The translations under genes and the position numbers were made by a program. From Lytechinus pictus (taxonomy: Eukaryota): a DNA stretch of 64,000 nucleotides. Under the pieces are notes generated by a model. That model did not search any database and was not told where the DNA came from. It was given only the letters and a program-made list of their open reading frames with translations. The stretch spans positions 14,882,001 to 14,946,000 of the forward strand of contig NC_087251.1 of NCBI RefSeq assembly GCF_037042905.1, given 5' to 3'. Below, in pieces: positions 27,301 through 37,470 of this stretch (positions are counted from its first letter, which is position 1; each line of letters starts with the position of its first letter).

Positions 27301-29778
27301 GTGACCTGAAACTTATCAACATTTCAAAGACTTAACCTTGGTTTAGATTTCAATGTTGACACCATAACACGGTCAGACAGAGAAAAATGATGATGAAGCA
27401 CACACACACAACAGCATGACAACTGTGCAGTCTTCCTTGTAGGAATATACCTGTCTGCTCTTTTTCTATTATTTCTAATCAATACATTTGTATTCTTTAC
27501 AGAGCCTCCTAAATATACAATATTCACACCTCAAAATGTGTTCAAGCAAATAGTTTTGCACACAGCTTATGGAATGTGGGAAAGATTTACAAATGTGCAG
27601 TTCATACTAGTCTTCCCATGCTTTTAAAACAAACAATTATCAAAAGGAAGACACAACCAAATATTAAAGTGATAGAAGACATCTATTATGAAAGAATGAA
27701 ATCAAATTAAATACAAATATTAATCAATGGATTTTCATTAAATAAGGAAAAAATAAAGATAAATAAACAAATAAAGACAGGGAAATTACATACAAAGACT
27801 GGTTCTATTTCCAAGGACTGATTCCTTAAGTAATTTTCTTCATTATTTGACAGTACTAGTATTGCAGTTTATATTCCTACACAAGGAGCAGATTTATAGA
27901 AGTGCAACACAAAGAGTGTCTCTTGTACCTGTACCTGTATATCACTTTATCAGGCAATGTTGAGGGTAGGCTGTAAGACATTTCAGGAGAATTACTGGTA
28001 TATAAATCTCATACATCTCAGTCAACCTCTAAATTCTTCGTTGCCTGTAGTTTTTTGTTGGTTCATCTGAAGATCATTTGGTAGTTAATATATGTTTCAG
28101 GGAAGGAAATAATTTTTTTTTTCATTTTTAGTGGCTATTTTTCTTTTCCACATTGGGGCAATTGCAGAATTTTTAAGGCTATTTCTTTCATTTGAAGGGC
28201 TATTTTTTAAGGGGTAAAAAGTAATTGTGCAGTATAAAAAGCTAATATTATTCTTCTGCCACAGTTAGAATATTGGATTATTAAAAATAATCTTGAATAT
28301 TGTTTGGAACAGATCTATTGCATATCTACATGTAGGAGTTCTGACTTCTAAAATAATTCAAGTCAATCTAGAGAAAATTGCTGCCACAGACAAGCACATG
28401 AGGTTCTCGGGGAGGGGAGCACTTGCCTACTTGTATTCCTTCGAACAGGGAACTGAGCCTTGAACCTTAAGCCTATCAGCAAATGTTATGAAATAGCTTA
28501 CCGTATATACATGTACTCATGTTTTGGGATTTCTCACAAAACAAAATCCACATTTGAGATTGTCAAGAAATGGACCCCATTAGACCATTCACAATGTACA
28601 AAGTCAATAGGAATTGCTTGCATGAGCCACCAAATTGAGAGCTTCATACTTGGCATGAGCGGTGCATGCATGGAAGTCACTTGAGTATTCACAGATTATC
28701 AACTTTACTCTGGCCAAGATATTTTTTTCCTCAAACATCAAAGAAATACATTGAAAACATACATATTGCACACTTGGGATATATATGGGATACTATGTTA
28801 AGGGATTTTGTTGAGAATGTTAACTCAAGTTTAAGGATATTTTATTTTAGGAGAAAATGGTTCCCATGTTGCATTTTGTTTGAAATAGCAAACCATTCCT
28901 GTGTAATGTATGTATATATATATATGGAAGGTCTTTACCCAGGATGTAAAAAAGTCATGTGCATTGGAAAAAAAGAAGAGTTAAACAGAATGCCATGGAT
29001 GGTTATTTTTACTCAGAATAATAAAACAAAACTCCAGTTGATAATCAAAATATGAATTTACATAGGCCAACATATATCCAAGAAAGAGAAACCCCGTACA
29101 AGTGCCAACATGATGATAATCTTGTTTTAATGTAATTTTTGTAGAAATATACTCACTGCAATATTTTTATCTGGTACAATATCATCAGTTGTCATTCAAA
29201 GTAATCAAAATTTAGGGGAAAAATTGACTTTACCTGTGACAACTACAACTTCTGGCCTGATGACATCAATGTTCTCCATGCAAAATGTTTTGAAGTCTAC
29301 AGCTCTTTGTGGGTCTCTAAAGCGGGAAATGTGGATGTCTGAAATCTGTCCAAAAAGAGAGACAATATTGCTTTAAAATTGAGAAGCATCTAAACTCTAA
29401 AGGCAACAGGCCGTTACAAAGAAGAGCAATGACAATATGGTCTGTAGGTATTGCTGATCATTCACGGATCACACTGATTCTTTATTAAAGTTTATTTCAC
29501 CTGAATGCTCTAACCCTCCTAGAAAATTATGGCCACATTCAAAGTTTATTTTCTACTTAAATACAGCATACACCATATAAAGTAATACTTACATGTATAA
29601 ACCACCAGAGATTATCAGCTGTAGCACCTGGGTAGGGGGGTCTGTCACCCCGAGGGTGAGGTGGTCCATCGTATGGTACAGGATCTGTAAAGTATGATAG
29701 GATCATTCCACTGACCCAGGCAGCTATCATCACCAGCACGACCAGCGTGATGGTACATATACCTAGTAGCCTCGCCAT
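7539..29778 (-). CDS. TMEM62: Transmembrane protein 62 (metallophosphoesterase domain + C-terminal TM region), complete spliced CDS, 14 exons, 1950 nt / 649 aa
   Basis: Manual join: 29778-29593, 29345-29234, 20495-20358, 19880-19835, 17443-17296, 15623-15490, 15074-14952, 13954-13799, 13026-12867, 12077-11967, 11548-11464, 10976-10878, 8497-8379, 7871-7539. All intron phases are compatible and there are no internal stops. Motifs: [61 protein letters not shown]. Confidence 0.95.
8379..8497 (-). CDS. TMEM62: TMEM62 coding exon 13
   Basis: (G)[39 protein letters not shown]; donor GAT|GTAAGT. Confidence 0.92.
9130..9405. repeat. (TAG/GTA)n microsatellite
   Basis: Long near-perfect AGT trinucleotide run in TMEM62 intron 12; it generates the poly-V, poly-S and poly-Y ORFs. 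Confidence 0.98.
10878..10976 (-). CDS. TMEM62: TMEM62 coding exon 12 (TM segment)
   Basis: [32 protein letters not shown](G); donor G|GTGAGT. Confidence 0.86.
11464..11548 (-). CDS. TMEM62: TMEM62 coding exon 11 (TM segment)
   Basis: [28 protein letters not shown](G); phase-compatible with neighbours. Confidence 0.82.
11967..12077 (-). CDS. TMEM62: TMEM62 coding exon 10
   Basis: [37 protein letters not shown]; ttttcttgcag acceptor, GCA|GTAAGT donor. Confidence 0.9.
12867..13026 (-). CDS. TMEM62: TMEM62 coding exon 9 (followed by a GC donor)
   Basis: [53 protein letters not shown]; donor GAG|GCAAGT. Confidence 0.9.
13799..13954 (-). CDS. TMEM62: TMEM62 coding exon 8
   Basis: [52 protein letters not shown]. 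Confidence 0.94.
14020..14125. repeat. (GAT)n microsatellite
   Basis: Imperfect gatgat run; similar GAT/GGT runs at ~5040-5130 and ~23895-23970. Confidence 0.9.
14493..14907. mobile_element. Foldback MITE, 3-bp TSD (AAT), PIF/Harbinger-like
   Basis: ggcccaaattcacagaggtg... / ...cacctttgtgaatttgggtc; inverted arms ~190 bp long; aat on both flanks. Confidence 0.85.
14952..15074 (-). CDS. TMEM62: TMEM62 coding exon 7
   Basis: [40 protein letters not shown](M); donor AT|GTAAGT. Confidence 0.94.
15490..15623 (-). CDS. TMEM62: TMEM62 coding exon 6
   Basis: [45 protein letters not shown]. Confidence 0.92.
16003..16074. mobile_element. Tiny piggyBac-like MITE
   Basis: ttaa|cccgttgactactgaa ... 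ttcaagtaggcaacggt|ttaa. Confidence 0.55.
17296..17443 (-). CDS. TMEM62: TMEM62 coding exon 5
   Basis: [49 protein letters not shown]. Confidence 0.93.
17875..18343. mobile_element. Degenerate TTAA-flanked MITE related to the intron-2 family
   Basis: ttaaagaaacctacagcctga ... ccagggttaaccaccccttt aa; internal similarity (aaatccatcaaagaataac, catgtcatatgggg) to related elements. Confidence 0.45.
19835..19880 (-). CDS. TMEM62: TMEM62 coding exon 4 (46 nt)
   Basis: [16 protein letters not shown]; ctcttttcag acceptor, AG|GTGAGT donor; completes the GNHD motif. Confidence 0.92.
20358..20495 (-). CDS. TMEM62: TMEM62 coding exon 3
   Basis: (G)[24 protein letters not shown]...WLDVRGNH; canonical AG/GT. 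Confidence 0.95.
21226..21625. mobile_element. MITE with ~24-bp TIRs (Harbinger-like)
   Basis: ggcggtgctgcaccagcccgagttt ... aaactcgggctggtgcagacggccc|tta; internal palindromes aatctcgagatt and aatagcgcgcta. Confidence 0.8.
22129..22745 (+). mobile_element. TTAA-flanked non-autonomous DNA transposon (Kolobok-like), copy A
   Basis: ttaa|aggtcaagtcta ... tggacttgtact|tcaa; alignable over its length with copies B and C. Confidence 0.8.
23996..24566 (+). mobile_element. Kolobok-like MITE, copy B
   Basis: ttaa|aggtcaagtccacccc ... ggggtggacttatcct|ttaa. Confidence 0.85.
25093..25719 (+). mobile_element. Kolobok-like MITE, copy C
   Basis: ttaa|aggtcaagtccacc ... ggtggacttgtcct|ttaa. Confidence 0.85.
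25859..26751. mobile_element. CAG...CTG-ended MITE containing a nested TTAA-type MITE (26053-26641)
   Basis: cagaggcagatcta / tagatcaacccctg, flanked by aacta on both sides; inner element ttaa|agggatactccgggctgaag ... cttcagccttgagcattct with inverted subterminal arms. Confidence 0.6.
29234..29345 (-). CDS. TMEM62: TMEM62 coding exon 2
   Basis: [37 protein letters not shown](G); acceptor tttttggacag, donor G|GTAAAG. Confidence 0.95.
29593..29778 (-). CDS. TMEM62: TMEM62 coding exon 1 (N-terminal signal/TM anchor)
   Basis: [30 protein letters not shown]...[13 protein letters not shown]; donor CAT|GTAAGT. Confidence 0.9.
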
Positions 29779-30826
29779 TCTCCTTTTTTTAAAATCAAAT
29801 TGAAATGGAAAAAATTGAAAAAAATTTAGGAATATTATATAGCTTTTGTTTGTATGAATATACACTGGACCCCAAATGGTAACTTGCAATTAGTGTCTAC
29901 AATAGAATCTTTTCTTTTGATTGGCTGTTGAGCCCTGTTACCTTGGAAGTAACCATCACAGCAACACCATCATTGAAGTTACCTAGGAAACAAGTCCCCG
30001 TTCAAATTTTACTCATGGTCAGAAGTACATTTTCACATTTTTCAATTGAACCACTTTCTTGGTGGGCTCTGAAAGTTTATCCACTGGTTAAAACAGGATA
30101 TCACAAAAAACGATTCTGGATTTGAATAATATCATGACGATGAGGTCAAGAGAGTAAGATATTCAAAAATAAAATATAAATTTAGTGTTGTTTATCATAG
30201 CAAGACCTTTAGAAACAGAACATATTCACAGTTGAAATCTTGATTTGGGGAACATATACATGTAATGAGTTTTAAAATGACAAGGTAGGCTACATAGAAG
30301 CAATAGTTTTAATAACCATTATGCAAAAATCATAACTTATGACATTATTTTATAGGGCCATGTAGTATCAAGTTTTTCAATGATTATAAATGTGGTGATA
30401 AATAAGCTTTTCATCAATTAATAAAAACAGAAAATCAATACATGTACTAGCAACTTGTTAGTACTTCTTTGAACCTGAGAAATTACACCAAGATTTCATA
30501 ATTGTTGGAGGAAAACGGAAACATTCAATATTTTGTAATTACAATAATAAAATACAAAAGATAAAAATAGTAAATGAAATCAACAGCTTGCATACTGCCA
30601 ATGACAGGCAATTGATGGCTCATCAAATAAATGTACATGTACGAGATCTCTACATCTTTTATTGGTGATTATGCTTATTTAACTTTCCTCTACGCAACTA
30701 AACTTTTACGTTTGGTGGATAGGGTCTATAATTTCAGCAAAACTTTTAAAAACCATAACTTAAGACTACATTTGATTTTGAAGAAAGCTTCTGTGTCATG
30801 CTTGTTTGATTTTCTGTGGTATGACC

Positions 30827-31408
30827 CCGGGGGGCCACTTACATTGACGAGTGGATACCATGCGCGACCAAAAAAACACGTAAAAAGGATATCTTTTTCA
30901 AGATAGGGCACGTTACGTACGTAACGTGATAAGGGTGTCAAAAACACTAAAATAATGAAAAAAGGGTATCTATTTCGCTAGGAAAGCTACGTGATTAGGG
31001 TCAAATTTGCCGGGATGATAAAACAAAATTAAAATGTTTTATAAAGGATGCCCTTTTTTCCCCAACACTATACGTGTTTAGAGTCCGATTTGCGCGAGGT
31101 GTGGAAGGTGGGGCCGTACATGTACTAAACCAAGTGGTATGAAAAGGTAAAAATGTACGTGACATACAAAAAATAAAATGTCGCTGTACTTGTTTAGGGG
31201 TTCATTTCAGGGAATACTTGCCAAGAGTATCGTTTTGTTTCCAATACTTGTTAATGTTAAGGGTAGGGTTTCAGACGCCAATACTTGTTAAGGGGTGCAT
31301 TTTCAGAATATGGAAAATACATGTTTAGGGTGCTTTTCGAGACCCCTTGGTCGCGCAAGGTATCCACTCGTCAATGGAAGTGGCCCCCCCCCCCCCCCCC
31401 CCCCCCGG
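30827..31408. mobile_element. Non-autonomous DNA transposon with ~45-bp TIRs and up to 9-bp flanking duplication
   Basis: ggtatgacc|ccggggggccacttacattgacgagtggataccatgcgcgacca ... tggtcgcgcaaggtatccactcgtcaatggaagtggccc(c)ngg|ggtatgacc. Confidence 0.85.
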
Positions 31409-31879
31409 GGTATGACCATGGAGTGGAGGTACAATGTAGAAAAGAAATCCTTCCATTGTTGCACTTGACATTTAACACTCACATGTACCCTTTAAAATAA
31501 TCTCTCATCAAAGCATTACAGCACCACAGTGTCACTAATAGTACCACAATAATTCTTAGAATCTCAGAAAGGGGTAATCCAGACATCGCTTAGAAGCACT
31601 ACTATCGTCTAGATGTGATGTCGCTTCCGTGCAATGTGCAATTTACTACGGTGAATTGCATGTTCAGTGAAGTAGTGTAGGTTAGGAATATTTTACAGGA
31701 ACATTGTCAATGATTCACTTGCTTAGGTTCTGACGGCATACAAGAATGATGAAACATATCCGACTTCTTTGAAAAAGTATGTGTGACAGATTTAGTATTT
31801 TAGATCTTAACATAAAACATGCCAATGTGGAATTTCCGCCTCAAGAGTCACTCAAAGGACATGAAGGAATGAGACTTAC

Positions 31880-32400
31880 CTCACGGTTTAGCGGTAAACT
31901 ATTCAGACTATTCTAAATTTCTATGTTGAATCTAACGTTACAGATCTGAATGGGCAGATAGCCGGTTGTAATCTTCGCAGAGAAAATGATAATTCGATGA
32001 CATGGCAGACGAACAATGAATCATGAATAACTTGGCTTCCCTGCGTGCAGAACGATTTCGGATTCTACTCTTATCGTGCATTCATAGCACTGCATCGTCT
32101 ACATGCGGACATCATATGATCGTGTCTCAACGTCAACATAACAAAGAATGAACGAGCCGAGTTCGCCGGTCGATGATCATCATAATGCAATGTGTCGTGT
32201 GCTCGGAAGGAAAAAGAAACCGGGGTACTTGGTTCATCAGGATGTAAACAACACTTGCACAGCTGATCGACAATGGAATTTGACACAATGACGTTTTGTC
32301 TTTATTGCGTAATATGACAGTAGCAAGTACCGGAGAGGTACCCCGCGCGGAGACATGGATGGTATAATGACAGATGGTGCAAATGAAATAAATCGAAGAA
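31880..32400 (-). promoter_or_regulatory. Probable TMEM62 promoter and non-coding first exon
   Basis: CpG-enriched relative to flanks; consensus donor GAG|GTAAGT at 31880/31879 on the minus strand, ~2 kb upstream of the ATG exon. Confidence 0.55.
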
Positions 32401-33259
32401 AATGACGGAGGGGTACGTACGTTAGAAAAGAGCTCGAGAGGGGGCCGGGGGGGGGGGGGAGCTGAGTACAGTACAGGATCTATCATAGATTGGAGAAAGT
32501 GGGTCTACCGTTGTTCTTCACAAATTTATATTATTGGTATAATTATAAACTAAAGCTCTGATCATTTCCATAGTTTGCCGATTATACTTTTCATGCAAAA
32601 TTTAATTCGTGCTAAATCACTGATGATGACAATAAATATATGTCTACGTGTGTGATATAAGTTTCCCATGACTGAATTGTAGCATATGACTGGTCTGGAG
32701 TACTGAGATGGAGGGCTGGGGCAGTTGACCCCGCCCCAAGGGGGAAAAAATCCGCCACCGAGAACAAAAATGAAAAAGGAGGGTCTAGCTAGAAGAAATA
32801 AACAGGGAAATGTTAAAATGTGAATATTAATCTGTTTCAGAATTATATTTTCAATAAAGGGCAATAATTTTCTCGATCGCTCGCGACTTTTTAAATATCT
32901 CTCTCCCGCCAATGTGCCATGTTCAGTGCCCGTTCAATTTATTACTCACATCAATGTTCAGCTTCACAATTCATTTCGAAAATAAAGAAGTTAATAATGA
33001 TAAAACTGTAAAATTTACAGAGGCTTGTGGTGATGAATGATGAGAACACTTCAAATATTAAGCCGGTATGATTCACGGATTGTGCTCATATTTTCTAGCC
33101 TCTTCTGAATTAATCGCAACCGAAATGAAAATAAATTCAAGCATAATCCGCCGATAGTGAGGGCACATATACGGTTAAAAATATATCATCGACGGCAGAA
33201 TTTCACTACAAGTTAGACAAACTTTTGTGTTATTACTTTAGCTACGCAAGAGTTCGTGC

Positions 33260-33420
33260 TGGCCGAACCAATTATGACGTCAGAAACATCACGGTCCTGT
33301 AATCTCATTGGATGAAAGTTTGTGCGTCCAATGTACGCAGCTTCCTCAGCCAATCCGCAACACGTAATTGTAACGCTTAACAATCCAATCAGCGAGCTGA
33401 AGAACCTTGAAGATAGCTCA
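33260..33420 (+). promoter_or_regulatory. CCAAT-box cluster with CRE and CHR-like element (putative divergent promoter)
   Basis: CCAAT at 33268, 33328, 33350, 33385; ATTGG at 33307; TGACGTCA at 33275; CTTGAA at 33406. Confidence 0.5.
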
Positions 33421-33744
33421 GAGGTGTCGTGATCAAGTGGTTTAACGGCAGGCCGAGGGCAATTAAGGAGGTACTCATCAGACCAACAGTTAATTTCTGT
33501 GAGTTCGATGAATTCACATCTACGAATTCGGGACGACCCAAATGGAATGTGCGACATGTGCACAGATCATGCCGATAAACAAAAAATATGAATATTGAAG
33601 GAAAAACTACGAAATACTTTTAATGAGAAAGGATACAAAAAAGCTATAAAACTAGGCCTGAGTATTTTTTTTACGAATGCTCCGCAGATGTGTGGGGTAT
33701 ATAATCGACAAATTCAGCAATGATGATTTATACCAAAAGTGCTT

Positions 33745-34240
33745 ATAAAAAGTACAATTTTTAGGTCAGAATATCAAAAATTTTCATCTCGCTCTTCGCT
33801 ATATTGTTTTGTGAGGTGACGATCCTGTTCATGGTTAGATAAAGGGCTTAGAATGTCCAACTTTGGGTCGAAAGATAAAAAAAAATTCAGCTCGCGCTTT
33901 GCGCTAGCATCAACTGTTTAGATATAGATACTTATCCTGTTCATGGTCACGAAATGTGCTGAATGACAAGTTTTGGTCGGAATATCAAAAATTTTCAGTT
34001 CGCGCTTCGTGTTTGCATCGATTAATTAGATGCCCACCCTGTTCACGATTACAGAAAGTGCTTAGGATATCCAAATTTTGGGCAAAATCTTAATTTTTTT
34101 CAGCTCGCACTTCTCGCTCGCATCAATTGTTTAAATAGATACCTATCGTTTTCATAGTCAAAAAAATGCTTTGAATGCCCAGTTTTGAGTCGGAAATTCA
34201 AAAATTGTCAGCTTGCGATTCACGCTCGCATAAAAGGTTG
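33745..34240. repeat. ~105-bp tandem satellite, left block (~5 units)
   Basis: Unit core aatatcaaaaattttcagctcgcgcttcgcgctcgcat...cctgttcatg...gcttagaatgtcca recurring at ~33785, 33888, 33996, 34101, 34209. Confidence 0.9.
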
Positions 34241-34251
34241 AGATTGTTAAG

Positions 34252-37007
34252 GTTTTTTTTCCTGTTTTTATTATATCAAATTGAAATAAATCACAAAATT
34301 TACAAATGATTATTAGGTGATTGCAAATCACATAAACACAAGTTAGTTACACAAAAAAGACAAAATAACAACCATAATAATGAAAAAAACCTACCCACTT
34401 ATCCTCCCCCACCCCCCAAAAAAGGAATGTGGCAAAGTGATGACTTAATATCAATGTTATCTAAACAAAGATAGGTGATTTGGTAAATAAAGTAGACAAA
34501 ACAAAATATACAAGCTATGATTATAAAATGGTTTCCCAACAACTATTGATAGGATTAAAAAACACAACTGATTATCCAAGACGACATAATTATGGAGGTT
34601 TTTAAACGAACAAGTATATCAAGGAAACTGAGATACAAGTTGCATGAAAAAATGGGAACTGATGTCTACAACCATATAACCAATACAGTGCAGTATTATT
34701 TTTTAAAAAATGGGGCACTAAGCCTGTTATACAAAATATACATTGTTAGTTATCATGTAACCTGTTGGCATTTTTGAAAACCAAATTATAAGGTGAATCG
34801 CCACTTCTTAAAGTGAGCGGGCAACTTATTTTTTTTCTTAGCTATCAAATATTCCAAGTCCTGTTGTTTTTTAACAAATGTTTTAAAAAGAGCAAAACTT
34901 GGAGGATTATTCTTAAATTTACATGTATGAATATAATACTTCAAAAGTAAGAAAAGGTATGAAATGAACTTATCAGCTGGGAGTCCGAACATTTTTTCAA
35001 AATTAGAACCATTTATTTGAACATTATTTTGGGAAATTTTCGTTAAAAGGGATTGCCAAATAGGAATTACCCTTTCACATTCGCAAAACAGGTGGACTAT
35101 ATTGTTTCCTCACTTTTATCACAGAAAACACAATTGGGTGATCCCTTAGATTTAATCTTATATAAAAAATCATTTAACGCTATGGCTTTATAAAAATTCT
35201 TAAAATAAAATGATCTTAATTTAGTATCAATGGTACAAAAAAAATTGTGTAGTGTACCTTTTCCCAATCGATAGATACTGGTATTGGTAAACGTTCATCC
35301 CAATAAGAGTATCTTTTGTCAGGTGTGTGTGATCCCCTAAATAAAATGTATGAATTTCTAGGGACTTTTTTATAACTCAACAATTTATGTACAATTGTTT
35401 CATGAACACCAATAATTTTAGGGTCAAAACTCACCAACCATTCTTCCGGGATGCATTTCCTTCTGTCTGTTTGGGGGATTCCAAAATCTAACACAAGCTC
35501 TTCAAAGAGTTTGTGACCTAAAAGAGGAGGATTAAATAAGTCTGACATCATTAAGACATTTCTCTCATGCCACATTGGATAATTAAGATACTGTTTAGTT
35601 TTTGAACGAATTAATTTGTTATACCACAGAAGTTGACAACCACTCAAATCTGAAAATTTGTTACTATAAAATTCGACAGCAGCTTCCTCCCTAAATAAAT
35701 ACCACATTCTCAATGCTTCAGATAATTGTATATTACCAAGACTGTTTAAAATGCTCTCAGGAGCATGAGATTTCCACAAAATTTGAATATTATTATTAAA
35801 TTTTTCTAAAAAGGCTACTTCAATCTTTTTCCATGGAGCATCAAAATTCTCATCCAATAAGTGTTTTACCCAAACCATTTTTTGAGCACATGCAAAAGAA
35901 AAAGGGTCAATCATTCTAAGTCCAGCCTGAGTATAATCATTACACATTATCTTACGTTGAACTCTATCCTTGCCTCCATTCCAAATAAATTAAAAAAATA
36001 ATTTATTTAATTCTTTAAAAAAGGCTCTGGGTAATTTAACAGAAAGAACAAAAAAAAGATAGATTAACTGTGGCAAAATAAGAGTTTTGACAACACAGAT
36101 TCTACCAATTAGAGAAAGATTTCTAGTTCGCCAGCAGTTTAAAGTTTGCTCCATTCTTTTTAGTTTCTCTTTATAATTTAACTCATAAATTTGTACAACA
36201 TTGAGAGTTTAAACTACCCCTAAACATTTAAATTTTGAAGCCTTCCAAGAAACACCACGGTTTATGTAAGGGAAGTGTTAATTACCCTTCTTAGAACCTA
36301 TCCATATTGCTTCAGTTTTGCTAAAATTAATTTTGCAACCAGAAAAACGACAAAATTTCTGCAAGGTTTCAAAAAGCTAAAAAAAAAAGAATTATCAGAA
36401 CCATTAAAAAAACATACAGAATCATCAGCAAAGAGAGATATTTTAACATCTTCATTTTTAAGTGGGATACCTCTAATAGCATTGTCTTGTCGGACTGATA
36501 TTGCCATTATCTCTATCACAAGTAAAAACAAATATGGAGAAATCGGACAACCTTGAAAAATACCTCGTTCCATAGGGAGACGTTCAGATAGAAAACCATT
36601 GTTCAAAACATAGGCATGGCGAGATGCATATAAAGTTTTAACTGCCTCAATAAAAAAATTGCTGAAATTAAACTTTTCCAATGTAAGAAATAAAAAGTTG
36701 TGAGATACACTATCAAATGCTTTCTCAATATCTAACAGTACTATAGACCCAGGAATATCTTTCATGTCAGTGTATTCAATTATGTCAAGAATCAAGCGAA
36801 TATTGTGACCAATAGTCCTACCTTTCATAAAACTGGATTGATCAGTACTGATATGATCATCTAAACATCGTTTGAGACGATTAGCTAAGCATTTAGCAAT
36901 AATTTTATAATCAACCGTCAATAATGTAATTGGACGATAATTTTTTATAAGGAGAGGATCTTTGTCTTTCTTTGGAAGAAGTGTGATTATGTCATTTCTT
37001 TGTGATG
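34252..37007 (-). mobile_element. 5'-truncated, frameshifted L1/Tx1-clade non-LTR retrotransposon (RT + C-terminal CCHC zinc knuckle, 3' UTR, poly-A)
   Basis: IITLLPKKDKDP, NYRPITLLTVDYKIIAK, LLDIEKAFDSV, RGIFQGCPISPYLF, SLFADD; C-x-FCD...HLFCEC at ~35080-35135; AATAAA and A-tail at ~34253-34272; TSD-like tgagatt(g/c)ttaag at 34239-34251 and 37008-37020. Confidence 0.92.
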
Positions 37008-37020
37008 TGAGATTCTTAAG

Positions 37021-37470
37021 TTGACGATGCTTAGAATGTCCAACTTTGGGTCGGAATATCAATTTTTTATGCTCGCGTTTCGCGCTCGCATAAAACAATT
37101 TGTTAGATACCCATCCTGTTCATGATTACCAATAGTGCTTAGAATATCTAAATTTTAGTTCAGAATATCAAATTTTTCAGCTCGTGCTTCGCGCTCGCCT
37201 CAATTATTTAGATAGATACCCACCCTGTTCATGGTAAATAAAATGTCCACTTTTGGGGTCGGAAATTCAAAAATTGTCAACTCGCGCGAATGTTGAGATA
37301 AATACCCATGCTATTGTTGATTTCCAAAAGTACTTATAGATTTTCCAAATTTGAGGTCAGAATATTAAAATTTTTAAGCTCGCGTTCCGCGCTCTCCTCA
37401 ATATTGTTTAGTTTTACGTTTACCCATGATGTTTACGGTTGCAAAAAAATATGCTTAGAATGTCCGATCG
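37021..37470. repeat. ~105-bp tandem satellite, right block (~4 units)
   Basis: Same unit as 33745-34240, resuming right after the LINE 5' end. Confidence 0.9.

Noticed and set aside
29779..29889. Upstream extension of the TMEM62 ORF (MQVTIWGP...)
   Set aside because: Non-ATG start, intron-like T-rich sequence; the signal-anchor peptide starts at the ATG at 29778.
33213..33563. 116-aa minus-strand ORF over the CCAAT cluster
   Set aside because: No recognisable similarity and a non-ATG start; better explained as GC-richer promoter DNA.
37008..37098. N-terminus of the 266-aa RT ORF (MFYASAKREHK...)
   Set aside because: Read-through from satellite DNA, not part of the LINE.
33745..37470. Repeat array flanking a reverse transcriptase (retron/DGR/CRISPR-RT-like arrangement)
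   Set aside because: The RT has non-LTR L1/Tx1 motifs, a poly-A tail, TSD-like flanks, 5' truncation and frameshifts. It is a retrotransposon inserted into a satellite.
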